Positions 1-10,986 of a stretch of DNA of 64,000 nt are shown here, piece after piece. Below the pieces are notes generated by a model. The model was not told the origin of the DNA, searched no databases, and saw only the letters and a list, made by a program, of their open reading frames with translations. Origin of the DNA: an uncultured Chloroflexia bacterium (GTDB lineage: Bacteria > Chloroflexota > Dehalococcoidia > GIF9 > AB-539-J10); NCBI GenBank assembly GCA_963726175.1, contig CAVSBM010000008.1, positions 26,153-90,152 of the forward strand, written 5' to 3'. The position numbers were made by a program, and so were the translations under genes. The number at the start of each line of letters is the position of its first letter. The first letter of the stretch is position 1.

Positions 1-155
<155 letters not shown>

Positions 156-197
156 GAAGTCGTGTTAAAAGCAGTACTTGAGGCAAAGGATAAGCTC

Positions 198-2267
198 ATG
201 TCGCGGACTTTCCCTTTGGAAAAAATACGGAACATAGGTATTATCGCTCACATAGATGCTGGCAAGACCACAGCCACAGAGATGATGCTCCATCACACAG
301 GGCGCACCTACAAAATTGGCAGCGTGGACGAAGGCACTGCGGTAATGGATTGGATGGAACAGGAGAGAGAACGGGGTATCACCATTACGTCAGCGGCTAC
401 CACATGTCACTGGCGCGAGCATCGTATAAACATTATTGATACCCCCGGCCATGTGGATTTCACCGCTGAGGTGGAGCGTAGCCTGCGTGTATTAGACGGT
501 GGCGTTGTGATTTTTGACGGGGTGGCCGGTGTGGAGGCTCAGTCAGAGGCTGTGTGGCGCCAGGCAGACAAATATGGCGTGGCCAGGATTTGCTTTATTA
601 ACAAAATGGACAGGGTTGGCGCTGACTTTCAGCACACGGTGACTATGATTAATGAAAGACTGAGGAGCAAGGCGTTGCCCATACAGCTTCCAATAGGAAG
701 TGAAAAGGACTTTCGAGGCATCATTGACCTTGTCGAAAACAAAGTTGTTGCTTTCCCGGTTGATTCTAATTCATCTTCAACTGCAGGGTACAGTGACACT
801 CTGTTGGCCAAGCATCGTCAAGCATTGATAGGAGAATTGGCTGAACTCGATGAACAGATAATGATGCTTTACCTTGATGGGCAAGATATCTCGGTTTCTC
901 AGATTAAGGCAGCCATAAGAAGGTTGACCGTTTCTAACCGCGTGGTGCCGGTTCTTTGCGGCAGTGCGTTGAGAGACAGAGGCATCGAGTTATTGCTTGA
1001 TGCTATAGTGGATTATCTGCCGTCGCCGCTCGATGTTCCTCCCATCTCGGCTACAGATCCTAGAAACGGAGAAAAAGTCCTTCGGCCGGCGAGCGACGAG
1101 GAACCTTTTTCTGCATTGGCCTTCAAAACGGTTTTTGACCCGTTTATGGGTAGACTTGTCTACTTGCGTGTATACTCAGGCAGAGTGAAGGTAGGAGCAC
1201 AAGTCTTGAATTCCAGCATAGACAAGAAAGAGAGACTGGGAAAACTATATATCATGCATGCCAATCGCCGTGAAGAGATCGACCGCACTGACACCGGAAG
1301 TATTGTGGCCAGTCTGGGACTTAAGATGGCCTCCACAGGTGATACCCTTTGTGAACCGGCGCGGCCAGTGCTTCTTGAGCCTATACGGTTTGCTGAGCCG
1401 GTGCTTTCCATGGCTGTTGAGCCCAAAAGCAAAACTGACCAGGACAAGCTGGATGATTCCCTGGCTAAACTCGCTATGGAGGATCCCACCTTCAAGGTTT
1501 ACTATGACAAGGAAACAGGTCAGACTCTGATGTCGGGGATGGGTGAACTTCATCTCGAAGTGTTAATGGAGCGTATATTTCGCGAATATGGTGTAAGGGT
1601 CAATGCTGGTAAGCCTCAGGTCGCCTATAAGGAGACAATTACCATTCCTGTGCAATCTGAAGGGAAGTTTATACGTCAATCTGGCGGTAAAGGCCAGTAT
1701 GGACACGTTTGGCTTAAGATTGAGCCAGGCGAGCGCGGCAGTGGATTTGAGTTTCGTGACCAGATTCGAAGTGGGGCCATACCTAAGGGATTTACTCCTT
1801 CAATAGAAGCCGGTGCCAAGTCAGCTTTGCCGAGTGGAGGATTAGCTGGTTACCCCATAATAGATGTAAAGGTGACTTTGTACGACGGAAGTTTTCACGA
1901 GGTTGATTCGTCAGATAATGCTTTCAGGATGGCAGCCTTCATGGCTATGAGGGATGGGATACACAAAGCTAAACCTGTTATTCTCGAGCCAATTATGGAA
2001 ATGGAAATAACAACTCCCAATGAGTTCCTCGGAGACATCATTGGCGATCTGAACTCTCGAAGAGCGCATATCGAAGGTATTGAGAGCCGCGATGATGTCT
2101 CTGCTGTCCGTTGTCTTGTTCCTCTAGCGGAGACATTTGGTTTCGCTGGAGATTTGAGATCGATCAGTCAAGGGAGAGCAAGCTACACAATGTGCTTTCA
2201 TCGCTATGAAGAATTGCCTCGGGATTTGGCTGACCAAATCGTAGCTAAAACGGGAAGAACCAGATGA
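198..2267 (+). CDS. fusA: translation elongation factor G
   Basis: ORF 162-2267 carries GTPase motifs [17 protein letters not shown] and NKMD. ATG 198 ([15 protein letters not shown]...) fits EF-G N-termini better than GTG 162. Confidence 0.95.
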   Translation: MSRTFPLEKIRNIGIIAHIDAGKTTATEMMLHHTGRTYKIGSVDEGTAVMDWMEQERERGITITSAATTCHWREHRINIIDTPGHVDFTAEVERSLRVLDGGVVIFDGVAGVEAQSEAVWRQADKYGVARICFINKMDRVGADFQHTVTMINERLRSKALPIQLPIGSEKDFRGIIDLVENKVVAFPVDSNSSSTAGYSDTLLAKHRQALIGELAELDEQIMMLYLDGQDISVSQIKAAIRRLTVSNRVVPVLCGSALRDRGIELLLDAIVDYLPSPLDVPPISATDPRNGEKVLRPASDEEPFSALAFKTVFDPFMGRLVYLRVYSGRVKVGAQVLNSSIDKKERLGKLYIMHANRREEIDRTDTGSIVASLGLKMASTGDTLCEPARPVLLEPIRFAEPVLSMAVEPKSKTDQDKLDDSLAKLAMEDPTFKVYYDKETGQTLMSGMGELHLEVLMERIFREYGVRVNAGKPQVAYKETITIPVQSEGKFIRQSGGKGQYGHVWLKIEPGERGSGFEFRDQIRSGAIPKGFTPSIEAGAKSALPSGGLAGYPIIDVKVTLYDGSFHEVDSSDNAFRMAAFMAMRDGIHKAKPVILEPIMEMEITTPNEFLGDIIGDLNSRRAHIEGIESRDDVSAVRCLVPLAETFGFAGDLRSISQGRASYTMCFHRYEELPRDLADQIVAKTGRTR

Positions 2268-2572
2268 CCGAACAGAAAGTTCGTATCAAAATCAGAAGCT
2301 TCGATCACAAGTTGGCTGATCAAGCAGTAAGGCAAATAGTAGATGCGGTGGAGCGTACCGGGGCTATTGTGGTTGGCCCGGTGCCTTTACCCACACGTAT
2401 CGAGAAATTTTGTGTTATTCGTTCTCCTAACATAGACAAGGATTCCAGGGAACAGTTTGAAATCAGGACTCATAAGAGGGTAATTGATGTTTTGCAGCCA
2501 AGTTCTAAGACCATAGATGCCCTGAGTCAACTGGACTTGGCATCCGGAGTAGAGATAGATATTAAACTGTAG
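2264..2572 (+). CDS. rpsJ: 30S ribosomal protein S10
   Basis: 102-aa ORF ([19 protein letters not shown]...) of full S10 length. Its ATGA start overlaps the fusA stop. Confidence 0.95.
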   Translation: MTEQKVRIKIRSFDHKLADQAVRQIVDAVERTGAIVVGPVPLPTRIEKFCVIRSPNIDKDSREQFEIRTHKRVIDVLQPSSKTIDALSQLDLASGVEIDIKL

Positions 2573-2580
2573 GCAAGACC

Positions 2581-3207
2581 ATGTTTCCAGGCATTATCGG
2601 TAGGAAAATAGGCATGACGCAACTGTTTCAAGAAAGCGGAGAGACAGTGGCAGTAAGCGTTATTCAAGCTGGGCCTTCTGTGGTAACTCAGGTAAAGAGC
2701 CATGACAAGGATGGTTATGATGCTATACAAGTGGGCTTAATTGAGAACAAGGTGAGGCAATCTCAGCTTAGCTCTCCCGAAAAAGGACATCTTCGAGACT
2801 TGGAGAACGTTCGCTATCTTCGCGAATTCAGGGCTGACGATATCAGCTCGATCAAGCGTGGTGACAAAGTGGACGTTGGATTCTTGAAGCAAGGTGACTT
2901 GGTAAATGTGATTGGCCTTTCTAAGGGTAGGGGCTTCGCTGGTGTGGTTAAGAGGTATCATTTTGCTGGTGGGCCGAAGACCCACGGCCAGACTGACCGC
3001 CATCGCGCCCCTGGTTCAATTGGAGCTACTACTTTTCCGGGGCGGGTTCTTAAAGGAAAACGCATGGCGGGGCATATGGGAAACAAGAGAGTGACAGCGC
3101 GTAACCTCGTGGTTGTTCAAGCTGACCCGGAGCGCAATTTGCTTTTAGTGAAGGGTGCAGTACCTGGGCCCAATGGAGAGTTGTTACTAATTGAGAAAGT
3201 AAGGTAG
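2581..3207 (+). CDS. rplC: 50S ribosomal protein L3
   Basis: 208-aa ORF (GIIGRKIGMTQLF...) in the conserved S10-operon order. Confidence 0.95.
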   Translation: MFPGIIGRKIGMTQLFQESGETVAVSVIQAGPSVVTQVKSHDKDGYDAIQVGLIENKVRQSQLSSPEKGHLRDLENVRYLREFRADDISSIKRGDKVDVGFLKQGDLVNVIGLSKGRGFAGVVKRYHFAGGPKTHGQTDRHRAPGSIGATTFPGRVLKGKRMAGHMGNKRVTARNLVVVQADPERNLLLVKGAVPGPNGELLLIEKVR

Positions 3208-3213
3208 CAGGAA

Positions 3214-3837
3214 GTGAAAGTACCAGTCTATGGCTTAAACGGTGAAGTTGCTGAGCAAATAGAGCTTAGCGAGGCCATTTTTGCCATTCCTTTCAATGAG
3301 TCCGTGGTGCACCAGGCGATGGTAAGACAACTGGCAAATGGGCGGCAAGGTACTGCGTCTACCAAGGATAGGGGGGAGGTTAGTGGAAGCACAAGGAAGC
3401 TTTATGCCCAAAAACATACCGGCAGAGCGCGCAGGGGGGATATAAAGTCGCCTCTTCTTAGAGGGGGCGGGGTGGTTTTTGGTCCTAAGCCACGCTCCTA
3501 TCGCCAATCTATGCCGAAGAAAATGAGAAGGCTAGCCCTGAAGTGTCTTCTCTCCGCTAAGATCAGAGAGGGAAACGTGAGACTGGTCCAAGAACTTGAT
3601 TTTAAGGAGCCAAAGACAAAAGACATGGTAAATGTTCTGTCTTCGCTCGGTATCGACTCTTCTGCTTTGATTGTTACTGCTCAGTCCACACTCAATGTGA
3701 CTAAATCAGCGGCTAATTTAGCTGAAGTAAAAGTTGTACCTTCGGCTCTGGTTAATGTGTTGGATTTGCTTTCTTATGAAACGCTGGTAGCTACGGTGCC
3801 GGCGATACGGAACATTGAACAGATTTGGGGTGAATGA
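3214..3837 (+). CDS. rplD: 50S ribosomal protein L4
   Basis: 207-aa ORF in the operon position between L3 and L23. Confidence 0.93.
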   Translation: MKVPVYGLNGEVAEQIELSEAIFAIPFNESVVHQAMVRQLANGRQGTASTKDRGEVSGSTRKLYAQKHTGRARRGDIKSPLLRGGGVVFGPKPRSYRQSMPKKMRRLALKCLLSAKIREGNVRLVQELDFKEPKTKDMVNVLSSLGIDSSALIVTAQSTLNVTKSAANLAEVKVVPSALVNVLDLLSYETLVATVPAIRNIEQIWGE

Positions 3838-4123
3838 ATTGCATCTTTATGAAGTTCTACGGCGTCCTTTGATTACGGAGAAGGCTACTTCTCTTAAGGA
3901 GAAAGACAAATATGCCTTTGAGGTGGCGCGCAAGGCTACCGAGTGTCAGATTAAGGAGGCAGTAGAAAAAGCTTTCAAAGTAAAGGTAGGCAAAGTAAAT
4001 GTGATGACGATGCCCGGTAAAACAAGAAGATTTGGTCGGAGACAGGTAACTGGTTCACGTTGGAAAAAGGCAATAGTTACCTTGGAACCGGGGCACAAGA
4101 TTACTTTCTTTGAGGGTGTCTAA
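3815..4123 (+). CDS. rplW: 50S ribosomal protein L23
   Basis: The ORF contains LYEVLRRPLITEKAT, an L23 signature. The true start may be GTG 3830. Confidence 0.92.
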   Translation: MNRFGVNELHLYEVLRRPLITEKATSLKEKDKYAFEVARKATECQIKEAVEKAFKVKVGKVNVMTMPGKTRRFGRRQVTGSRWKKAIVTLEPGHKITFFEGV

Positions 4124-4218
4124 TGGGTTCAGTTACCAAGTGGAGAAGAAAGAAGATGTCCAAGCACCAGCATAAGAAGCTTCTCAAGAAGACTCGCTGG
4201 CAAAGGACCCACAAGTAA
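4123..4218 (+). CDS. 31-aa highly basic micro-protein, bS22-like (AURKAIP1/COX24-type small ribosomal protein)
   Basis: Absent from the ORF track because it is under 60 aa. ATG 4123 overlaps the rplW stop (TAATG) and TAA lies at 4216-4218. It translates to [31 protein letters not shown]. As I recall it, this resembles actinobacterial bS22 ([27 protein letters not shown]..). Confidence 0.6.
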   Translation: MGSVTKWRRKKMSKHQHKKLLKKTRWQRTHK

Positions 4219-4228
4219 GGAGCGTTTC

Positions 4229-5068
4229 ATGGGATTAAAGACTTATGCGCCAACTTCTCCAGGCCGGAGATTCATGTCTGGGGCTACTTTTGAAGAGCTA
4301 ACCGGAGTAGCTCCTGAGAAATCCCTGCTGGTGCCACTGAAGAAGAAGGCAGGGCGTAATAACCGGGGGGTTGTGACTGTGCGTCATCGTGGTGGCGGCA
4401 GTAAACGCAAGCTTCGTCTTATCGATTTTAAGAGGGACAAGATTGCCGTCCCAGGAAGAATAGCTTCCGTTGAATATGACCCTAATAGGGCAGCTCGGAT
4501 CGCCCTAGTTCATTATGCTGATGGGGAGAAGCGTTATATACTCGCTCCTTTGGAGATTAAGTTGGGTGATACTATACAGGCAGGCGAGGACGTTGATATA
4601 AAACCCGGGAATGCTCTGCCACTGGAGGCTATTCCTGTAGGAGCTCTAGTACATAATATTGAATTTGAGCCAGGCAAAGGGGGAAAGCTTGTTCATAGCG
4701 CAGGGAGTTCTGCCCAAATTATAAGCAAGGAGGGCCAATATGTAGTGCTTAAACTCCCTTCGGGTGAACTGCGCAAATTTCATCAAAAGTGCTGGGCTAC
4801 TATTGGTCAGATAGGCAATGTTGACCACGAAAACATAACAGTAGGCAAAGCTGGTCGTACCAGGTGGTTAGGCATTCGCCCTTCAGTTAGAGGGTCTGCC
4901 ATGACTCCTCGTGACCACCCGCATGGGGGTGGGGAGGGCAGAGCTAAGCGAGGAATGCATCCGAAAACTCCATGGGGGAAGCTAGCTTTGGGGGGTAAGA
5001 CACGTCGCCGTAGAACATCGGATAGAATGATCGTTAAGCGGAGGAAACAGAATGTCACGATCGCTTAG
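4229..5068 (+). CDS. rplB: 50S ribosomal protein L2
   Basis: 279-aa ORF with the C-terminal HPHGGGEG motif. Confidence 0.96.
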   Translation: MGLKTYAPTSPGRRFMSGATFEELTGVAPEKSLLVPLKKKAGRNNRGVVTVRHRGGGSKRKLRLIDFKRDKIAVPGRIASVEYDPNRAARIALVHYADGEKRYILAPLEIKLGDTIQAGEDVDIKPGNALPLEAIPVGALVHNIEFEPGKGGKLVHSAGSSAQIISKEGQYVVLKLPSGELRKFHQKCWATIGQIGNVDHENITVGKAGRTRWLGIRPSVRGSAMTPRDHPHGGGEGRAKRGMHPKTPWGKLALGGKTRRRRTSDRMIVKRRKQNVTIA

Positions 5069-5348
5069 GAAAGGGCCTTTTTGCGACGCTAAATTGCTTA
5101 AGAGAATAGAAGCGCTCAATAATTCTGGCGAGAAAACAGTACTGAAGACGTGGTCTCGTGCCTCTACCGTCATGCCCCAAATGATAGGTCACACTATTGC
5201 AGTGCACAATGGGAGGAAGCATGTGCCCATTTTCATCACTGAGAACATGGTGGGGCATAAACTGGGGGAATTTGCGTCTACCAGGACATTTAGAGGCCAT
5301 GTCACTAAAGCCAAAATAACCGAACAGCCGGTCGTCAAACAACAATAA
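5052..5348 (+). CDS. rpsS: 30S ribosomal protein S19
   Basis: 98-aa ORF ([10 protein letters not shown]...HNGRKHVPI). Confidence 0.95.
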   Translation: MSRSLRKGPFCDAKLLKRIEALNNSGEKTVLKTWSRASTVMPQMIGHTIAVHNGRKHVPIFITENMVGHKLGEFASTRTFRGHVTKAKITEQPVVKQQ

Positions 5349-5354
5349 GATGCA

Positions 5355-5693
5355 ATGAAGGTAAAATCAGTAGCTAACGACGTTGGTATCTCGCCTCAGA
5401 AAGTTCGTTTGGCGATAGATATGATTAGAGGCAAGAAAGTTGATGAGGCTCTGACTATCCTTAAGTTTTCGCCTACCCCTGCAGCCAAGGCGGTGGCTAA
5501 GGTAATCAAATCAGCAGTAGCCAATGCTGAAAACAACTTTCAAATGCCGCCTGCTGAACTCAGAATCACTGACATATTTGCTGATCAGGGGCATACTTTG
5601 AAGAGATTTCGCCCTCAGTCGAGAGGGAGGATTAGTCCTATCCTAAAACGGTCTAGCAATATTACAGTTTTTGTCGCTGAAGAGGAGGAATAG
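5355..5693 (+). CDS. rplV: 50S ribosomal protein L22
   Basis: 112-aa ORF in the operon position. Confidence 0.93.
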   Translation: MKVKSVANDVGISPQKVRLAIDMIRGKKVDEALTILKFSPTPAAKAVAKVIKSAVANAENNFQMPPAELRITDIFADQGHTLKRFRPQSRGRISPILKRSSNITVFVAEEEE

Positions 5694-5695
5694 TT

Positions 5696-6376
5696 TTGGG
5701 ACAAAAAGTTCATCCTTATGGTTTCAGGCTGGGTATTAACCAGGATTGGCGGGCCAGGTGGTATGCTAAGAAGAACTATACTCGGTTTTTGTTAGATGAT
5801 TTAAAGCTACGCAGAGTTGTGGAACAAAAATGTCTTGGAGGCGCAGTTGCTCGGGTGGAAATTGAACGTCAGGGAGACGAGACACACTTAACTCTTTACT
5901 CGGCTCGTCCTGGCATCTTGATTGGTCGGGGGGGACAAAATGTGGAAGTATTGAAGTCGGACCTGGAAAAGGTCAGTGGGGAGAAAATTAGATTGACCAT
6001 TAGGGAAGTCGAGCACCCTGAGCTCGAAGCTATTTTGGTAGCTCGGAGCATAGCTGAGCGGCTTGAAGAGAGAATCCCCTTCCGCCGGGCTATGAGGCAA
6101 GCGACCTTCCGAACCCTGCAAGCTGGTGCTAAGGGAATAAAGGTAAGGTGCGGTGGGAGACTTGGTGGGAATGAAATTGCTAGAAGGGAAACCCTCCGCC
6201 AAGGTCAAATGCCGTTGCATAAGTTACGTGCCAATATTGATTATGGTCTTGTTGAAGCTCATACTGTAATGGGGTGTATTGGGGTTAAGGTGTGGATTTA
6301 TAAGGGCGATATTATCCCTGAAATGAAGGAGAAAAATGCTACAGCCGAAACGAGTGAAGTACCGCAAGGTACATAA
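5696..6376 (+). CDS. rpsC: 30S ribosomal protein S3
   Basis: 226-aa ORF with a TTG start ([13 protein letters not shown]...), including the KH domain region. Confidence 0.95.
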   Translation: MGQKVHPYGFRLGINQDWRARWYAKKNYTRFLLDDLKLRRVVEQKCLGGAVARVEIERQGDETHLTLYSARPGILIGRGGQNVEVLKSDLEKVSGEKIRLTIREVEHPELEAILVARSIAERLEERIPFRRAMRQATFRTLQAGAKGIKVRCGGRLGGNEIARRETLRQGQMPLHKLRANIDYGLVEAHTVMGCIGVKVWIYKGDIIPEMKEKNATAETSEVPQGT

Positions 6377-6761
6377 AGGAAGGCGAAAAGGTAGTGCCCA
6401 GAGCGGGGATACCATTGTTTTTGGTGACTTTGGCATGAGGGCTGAGGAATCTGCGTGGGTAACAGCGCGACAAATTGAGGCAACCCGTCGCGTATTTGTC
6501 CGCCACTTGCATCGTGGTGGTAAACTATGGATACGGGTTTTCCCTGACAAATCTGTGACAAAGAAACCTGCGGAGACAAGGATGGGTGGTGGGAAAGGTG
6601 CTCCGGATCACTGGGTAGCCGTAGTGAAGAGAGGCAGAATCCTGTTCGAATTGGCTGATGTAAAAGAGGATGTGGCTTCGGAGGCGGCCCGTCTTGCCTC
6701 TTATAAGCTTCCTATAGCTACTAGTTTTGTCAGGAAGGAGAGGCAGAAAGTTGAAAGTTAG
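6336..6761 (+). CDS. rplP: 50S ribosomal protein L16
   Basis: 141-aa ORF ([16 protein letters not shown]...). Confidence 0.95.
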   Translation: MLQPKRVKYRKVHKGRRKGSAQSGDTIVFGDFGMRAEESAWVTARQIEATRRVFVRHLHRGGKLWIRVFPDKSVTKKPAETRMGGGKGAPDHWVAVVKRGRILFELADVKEDVASEAARLASYKLPIATSFVRKERQKVES

Positions 6762-6951
6762 CGAAATTCGCGCTCTCAACAATGAAGAGCTATTAACGAA
6801 GCTCGAAGAAGCTCATGAGGAGCTTTTTAACCTCCGTTTTCGCTTGGCTACTAGACAGTTGGGGAATCATCGGGAGATTCCTCGAGTGAAGAGAAGAATT
6901 GCCAGAATAAAAACTATTTTAAGAGAAAGGGAACTTGGCACAATAAGATGA
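6751..6951 (+). CDS. rpmC: 50S ribosomal protein L29
   Basis: Track ORF is 6727-6951. TTG 6751 gives [14 protein letters not shown]..., a typical L29 N-terminus. Confidence 0.9.
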   Translation: MKVSEIRALNNEELLTKLEEAHEELFNLRFRLATRQLGNHREIPRVKRRIARIKTILRERELGTIR

Positions 6952-7226
6952 CTGATCTCGAGAAAAGAAAGGTTAAAGAAGGCTTGGTGGTGGGTGACAA
7001 AATGGATAAAACCATTGTGGTAGCTGTGGAAACCAGGAAAGTCCATCCACTCTATAAGAAGGCTATCAGGGTTACCAAGAAGTATAAGGCCCATGACGAA
7101 AATAATGCCTGTAAAATTGGAGATACAGTGAAGATTATCGAAACTCGACCTTTGTCTAAAGAGAAGAGATGGCGGGTAGTAGAGATAACGTCACTAAAGA
7201 AGACGGTAGCTGAAACTAAGCCATAA
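6948..7226 (+). CDS. rpsQ: 30S ribosomal protein S17
   Basis: 92-aa ORF in the operon position. Confidence 0.93.
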   Translation: MTDLEKRKVKEGLVVGDKMDKTIVVAVETRKVHPLYKKAIRVTKKYKAHDENNACKIGDTVKIIETRPLSKEKRWRVVEITSLKKTVAETKP

Positions 7227-7234
7227 CGAGAGAA

Positions 7235-7600
7235 ATGATTCAGGCTTATACTAGACTGAAGATAGCAGATAATACTGGGGCTAAGCAAATTATGTGCATT
7301 AATGTCCCTGTTGGGGCAAGGAAATATGCTCATATAGGTGACATTATTGTAGCCACGGTGAAGCGAGCCATACCCCATGGGATGGTGAAGAAGGGTGAGG
7401 TAGTGCATGCTGTAGTAGTGCGTGTAGCTGAGCCCTATCGCCGCTCTGATGGCTCCTATATCAGATTTGATGAAAATGCCGCAGTCATTCTTGGTGATAA
7501 AAATAATCCTAAGGGCAGCCGTATTTTCGGTCCTGTAGCCCGGGAACTTAGAGATAAAAACTTTGCCAAGATAATATCCTTGGCTCCTGAGGTCTTGTAA
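7235..7600 (+). CDS. rplN: 50S ribosomal protein L14
   Basis: 121-aa ORF ([17 protein letters not shown]...). Confidence 0.96.
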   Translation: MIQAYTRLKIADNTGAKQIMCINVPVGARKYAHIGDIIVATVKRAIPHGMVKKGEVVHAVVVRVAEPYRRSDGSYIRFDENAAVILGDKNNPKGSRIFGPVARELRDKNFAKIISLAPEVL

Positions 7601-7601
7601 A

Positions 7602-7913
7602 ATGAAAATCAGAAAAAATGATACAGTTGTCATAATTGCTGGCAAAGACAGGGGGAAAAAGGGGAAAATTCGCCGTGCCGTCCCCAATGAAGATAGGGTG
7701 ATAGTAGAAGGATTCAATATGATTAAGCGCCACTCTCGAGCTGGCAGAGCTGCCCGGCAAGCTGGCATAATTGAGCTTGAAGCTCCCATTCATATATCCA
7801 ACGTGATGTTGGTATGCGGGAAATGCGGCAAACCCACGCGAGTTAGTTTCCGCTTTTTGGACGATGGCAAAAAAGTGCGAGTTTGCAATTCATGTCAGGA
7901 GGTGATTGACTAA
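7602..7913 (+). CDS. rplX: 50S ribosomal protein L24
   Basis: 103-aa ORF with a KOW-type N-terminus ([19 protein letters not shown]). Confidence 0.93.
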   Translation: MKIRKNDTVVIIAGKDRGKKGKIRRAVPNEDRVIVEGFNMIKRHSRAGRAARQAGIIELEAPIHISNVMLVCGKCGKPTRVSFRFLDDGKKVRVCNSCQEVID

Positions 7914-7918
7914 GGGAG

Positions 7919-8470
7919 TTGATTATGAAATCTCGCATGGAGGAAAAGTATTTAACTGAAGTAGCTCCGCAGCTTAAAACTAGGCTAGGCTATGACAATA
8001 TAATGCAATTACCTAAGTTGAGGAAGATTGTGCTTAACATTGGTTTGGGCGAGGCAACACAAGAGCCTAAAGCTCTGGAAGCAGCGGAGAAAGACCTAGC
8101 TACAATTTCGGGGCAACACCCGGTGACGACACGGGCAAAAAAGTCCATCTCCGCTTTTAAATTACGGGCTGGTGTGCCTATTGGAATGATGGTGACCTTG
8201 CGAGGCAAACGAATGTACGATTTTTTTGACAAACTGGTTAATGTTGTTCTACCTAGGTTTCGAGATTTCCGCGGAATATCACGTGATTCGTTCGATGGCC
8301 GAGGGAGCTACAGCCTGGGTATGAAAGAACAGATAGTTTTCCCTGAAATTGATTACGATAAGGTAGACAAAATTCGTGGCCTCGAGGTAACCATTGTTAC
8401 TACGGCCAAGAACGATGATGAAGCCAGGACTTTGTTGGAACTAATGGGCATGCCTTTCAGGAGGACTTAA
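7919..8470 (+). CDS. rplE: 50S ribosomal protein L5
   Basis: 183-aa ORF in the operon position. The start could instead be ATG 7925. Confidence 0.94.
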   Translation: MIMKSRMEEKYLTEVAPQLKTRLGYDNIMQLPKLRKIVLNIGLGEATQEPKALEAAEKDLATISGQHPVTTRAKKSISAFKLRAGVPIGMMVTLRGKRMYDFFDKLVNVVLPRFRDFRGISRDSFDGRGSYSLGMKEQIVFPEIDYDKVDKIRGLEVTIVTTAKNDDEARTLLELMGMPFRRT

Positions 8471-8471
8471 T

Positions 8472-8657
8472 ATGGCGAAGTTATCTAGGATTGTCAAGTC
8501 AGAGCGCCCGCCAAAATATAAAGTGCAGCAACATAATCGCTGTAAGTTATGTGGTAGGTCGCGTGCTTATATGCGTAAATTTGGCTTATGTCGTATTTGT
8601 TTCCGAGAACTTGCTTTAACTGGTGTAATCCCTGGGGTAAGAAAGTCAAGCTGGTAA
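8472..8657 (+). CDS. rpsZ: 30S ribosomal protein S14, zinc-binding type Z
   Basis: 61 aa with CKLCGR...CRIC (CxxC x2). Confidence 0.93.
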   Translation: MAKLSRIVKSERPPKYKVQQHNRCKLCGRSRAYMRKFGLCRICFRELALTGVIPGVRKSSW

Positions 8658-8663
8658 AGAAAA

Positions 8664-9059
8664 ATGACAGTTATTGACCCTATCGCTGATATGTTGACCA
8701 GGATACGCAACGCTATCATGGCAAGTCACGAGAGTGTGCTTGTACCTTCCTCTAAAATAAAGCTTTCTATCGTTAAAATACTTAAGGAAGAGGGTTTTAT
8801 TGACCGTTATGAAGTGCTTAAGGGGAAACCGCAGCCAATGATAAAAATCCACCTCAAGTACACAGATGAGCAACCCGTAATCTTAGGTTTAGAAAGAGTG
8901 AGCAAGTCAGGCCTGAGGGTCTATGTGGAAGGGCATGAAATTCCCCGCGTCTATGGGGGCTTGGGTATTGCCATTCTATCCACATCCAAAGGCATTATGA
9001 CTGGTCAGGAAGCATGGAGGCAGCATCTTGGCGGTGAAATTCTGTGCTATGTATGGTAA
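8664..9059 (+). CDS. rpsH: 30S ribosomal protein S8
   Basis: 131-aa ORF ([13 protein letters not shown]...). Confidence 0.95.
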   Translation: MTVIDPIADMLTRIRNAIMASHESVLVPSSKIKLSIVKILKEEGFIDRYEVLKGKPQPMIKIHLKYTDEQPVILGLERVSKSGLRVYVEGHEIPRVYGGLGIAILSTSKGIMTGQEAWRQHLGGEILCYVW

Positions 9060-9081
9060 ATTAACTTAGGAGCTGTAAATT

Positions 9082-9628
9082 ATGTCTCGTATTGGCTTGC
9101 TTCCCATTGCTATCCCTCGGGGTACCGAGGTAAAGATCAATGGAAGCGAAGTTGTAGCAAAAGGAAGCAAAGGAGAACTGCGTCGTCGGTTTCACCCTGC
9201 TATTTCTATTGCTTTGAAGGATGGGAGCTTGATTGTAACCCGGCCTAGCGATAGTAAGATCCATCGTTCTTTACATGGGCTCACTCGCAGCCTTTTGGCA
9301 AATATGGTTACAGGGGTGAGTGGAGGTTTTGAAAAAATCCTGGAAATAAATGGCGTGGGCTATAGAGCGCAGAAAACTGGCGACAAGCTGGTGCTTCAAG
9401 TGGGATATGCCAATGCTGTGGAGTTTCCCCCCTCCTGGTATTAGTATCACCGTTGAGGGGACAAATCGCATTCGCGTCACTGGTATTGATAAAGAACTAG
9501 TTGGAGAAACGGCTGCTAAAATTCGGGCGATACGCCCTCCTGACTCCTATAAAGGGAAAGGCATTAAATATTTGGGTGAGAAGCTACGTCTTAAACCTGG
9601 CAAATCGGGCAAAGTAGGTAAGAAATAG
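9082..9628 (+). CDS. rplF: 50S ribosomal protein L6 (frame broken once)
   Basis: Two ORFs, 9082-9444 and 9350-9628, make up the N- and C-halves of L6. The frame changes in the C6 run at 9427-9432. Removing one C restores ..[15 protein letters not shown]... Confidence 0.9.
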
Positions 9629-10002
9629 TGATTATAATGAGCGGGAAAGATTCAAAGGCAATCAAAAAGATACGACACAGACGGGTGAGGCAAAAAGTAA
9701 CGGGAACGATATCACGTCCTCGATTATGTGTCTTCCGTAGCTCGAATCATATCCATGCTCAGCTTATCGATGATTCTATGGGCCAGACTTTAGTCTCAAT
9801 GAGCACTCTTGACTCTCAGGTGAGAAGCAAGACCGATGGGATGGGAAAAAGCAAGGAAGCCGAAATAGTGGGAACTTTGCTTGCGGAGAAAGCATTAAAT
9901 AAAGGGATCAAACAGGTGGTTTTTGACCGTGGCGGCTATAAATATCATGGCAGAGTTAAGGCTTTAGCTGAGGCTGCCAGGAAAGTTGGATTGGAATTTT
10001 GA
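9628..10002 (+). CDS. rplR: 50S ribosomal protein L18
   Basis: 124-aa ORF. The likely start is ATG 9637 ([18 protein letters not shown]). Confidence 0.93.
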   Translation: MIIMSGKDSKAIKKIRHRRVRQKVTGTISRPRLCVFRSSNHIHAQLIDDSMGQTLVSMSTLDSQVRSKTDGMGKSKEAEIVGTLLAEKALNKGIKQVVFDRGGYKYHGRVKALAEAARKVGLEF

Positions 10003-10012
10003 GGATTAGCTT

Positions 10013-10555
10013 ATGAAGGCAGTTACTAAAGTAAGAGGAAAGAGGGCCAAAATCGATGCCTCAGAACTGAGTCTCGAAGAGAAACTGTTAGGCATCGACC
10101 GTGTAACCAAAGTAGTCAAAGGTGGTAGACACCTTCGGTTCAGAGCTTTAGTGGTAGTTGGCGATGGCCAGGGGCATGTCGGATTTAGTTTAGCTAAAGC
10201 GGCAGCGGTTCCTGAAGCGATCCGTAAAGCAGGTGCTATGGCGAAGAAGGAGCTGATTGAGGTGCCTATCAAGGATGGTACCATCCCTCATGAAATTCTA
10301 GCCAAGTTTGGTGCGTCCAAGATCTTACTAAAGCCGGCGGCGCCTGGTACGGGCTTAATTGTTGGCAGTGCTGCTCGAACAATACTGGAATTAGCAGGGA
10401 TAAAAGACGCCATTGGCAAATCGTTTGGTGGGCCGAGTAAGATTAACGTGGCTAAGGCGACAATGCTTGCCCTGGCTAACTTGAGGAAAAGTGAGGAAGC
10501 GGCAATTCAAACCGATGTTGAAGCTCAGGAAGAAAAGGTAGATGAAACAGAATGA
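10013..10555 (+). CDS. rpsE: 30S ribosomal protein S5 (with acidic C-terminal tail)
   Basis: 180-aa ORF with an S5 dsRBD and C-terminal domain. It carries an extra tail, [20 protein letters not shown]. Confidence 0.93.
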   Translation: MKAVTKVRGKRAKIDASELSLEEKLLGIDRVTKVVKGGRHLRFRALVVVGDGQGHVGFSLAKAAAVPEAIRKAGAMAKKELIEVPIKDGTIPHEILAKFGASKILLKPAAPGTGLIVGSAARTILELAGIKDAIGKSFGGPSKINVAKATMLALANLRKSEEAAIQTDVEAQEEKVDETE

Positions 10556-10985
10556 ATTAATGCCTCCTGCGGGTGCTAAGCATAATAAGAAGCGCGTAGG
10601 TCGAGGAAACGGCAGCGGGCATGGCACCTATTCAGGGCGGGGTTGCAAAGGGCAAAAGGCTCGCTCTGGTGGTGGCGTGCGTCTTGGCTTTGAAGGCGGA
10701 CAGTTGCCTTTGATAAAACGGCTACCAGAAAAAAGGGGATTCACTAACATTTTTAAAACTAAATATAATATTGTCAACGTGGGGAAGCTGGCCATTTTCC
10801 CCTCAGGAACTGAGGTAGCTCCTGAGGAATTACTCCGGGAGGGGTTGATTAGCACCACGGACCATCCGACCAAAATTCTTGGCGCTGGCGATATCCAACA
10901 TCCATTGCTGGTTAAGGCTAACAAATTCTCTTCATCGGCGGAGAAAAAAATCCTCGCTGCTGGAGGGAAGATAGAGCAGGTTTAG
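10542..10985 (+). CDS. rplO: 50S ribosomal protein L15
   Basis: 147-aa ORF with a Gly/Arg-rich N-terminus. It overlaps the rpsE end, so no L30 gene lies between them. Confidence 0.93.
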   Translation: MKQNELMPPAGAKHNKKRVGRGNGSGHGTYSGRGCKGQKARSGGGVRLGFEGGQLPLIKRLPEKRGFTNIFKTKYNIVNVGKLAIFPSGTEVAPEELLREGLISTTDHPTKILGAGDIQHPLLVKANKFSSSAEKKILAAGGKIEQV

Positions 10986-10986
10986 A

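Noticed and set aside
7052-7789. A 245-aa minus-strand ORF across rpsQ/rplN/rplX. Similar antisense ORFs occur at 47507-48097, 42443-42958, 56306-57310 and 62977-63654.
   Set aside because: All lie antisense to well-supported conserved genes, and none has a recognisable family. They are shadow ORFs.
9427-9432. Programmed ribosomal frameshifting in rplF, and by extension in secY and rpsM.
   Set aside because: The same +1 pattern recurs in more than 20 unrelated genes with no shared slippery motif. No such recoding is known for these genes, so an assembly indel is the simpler explanation.
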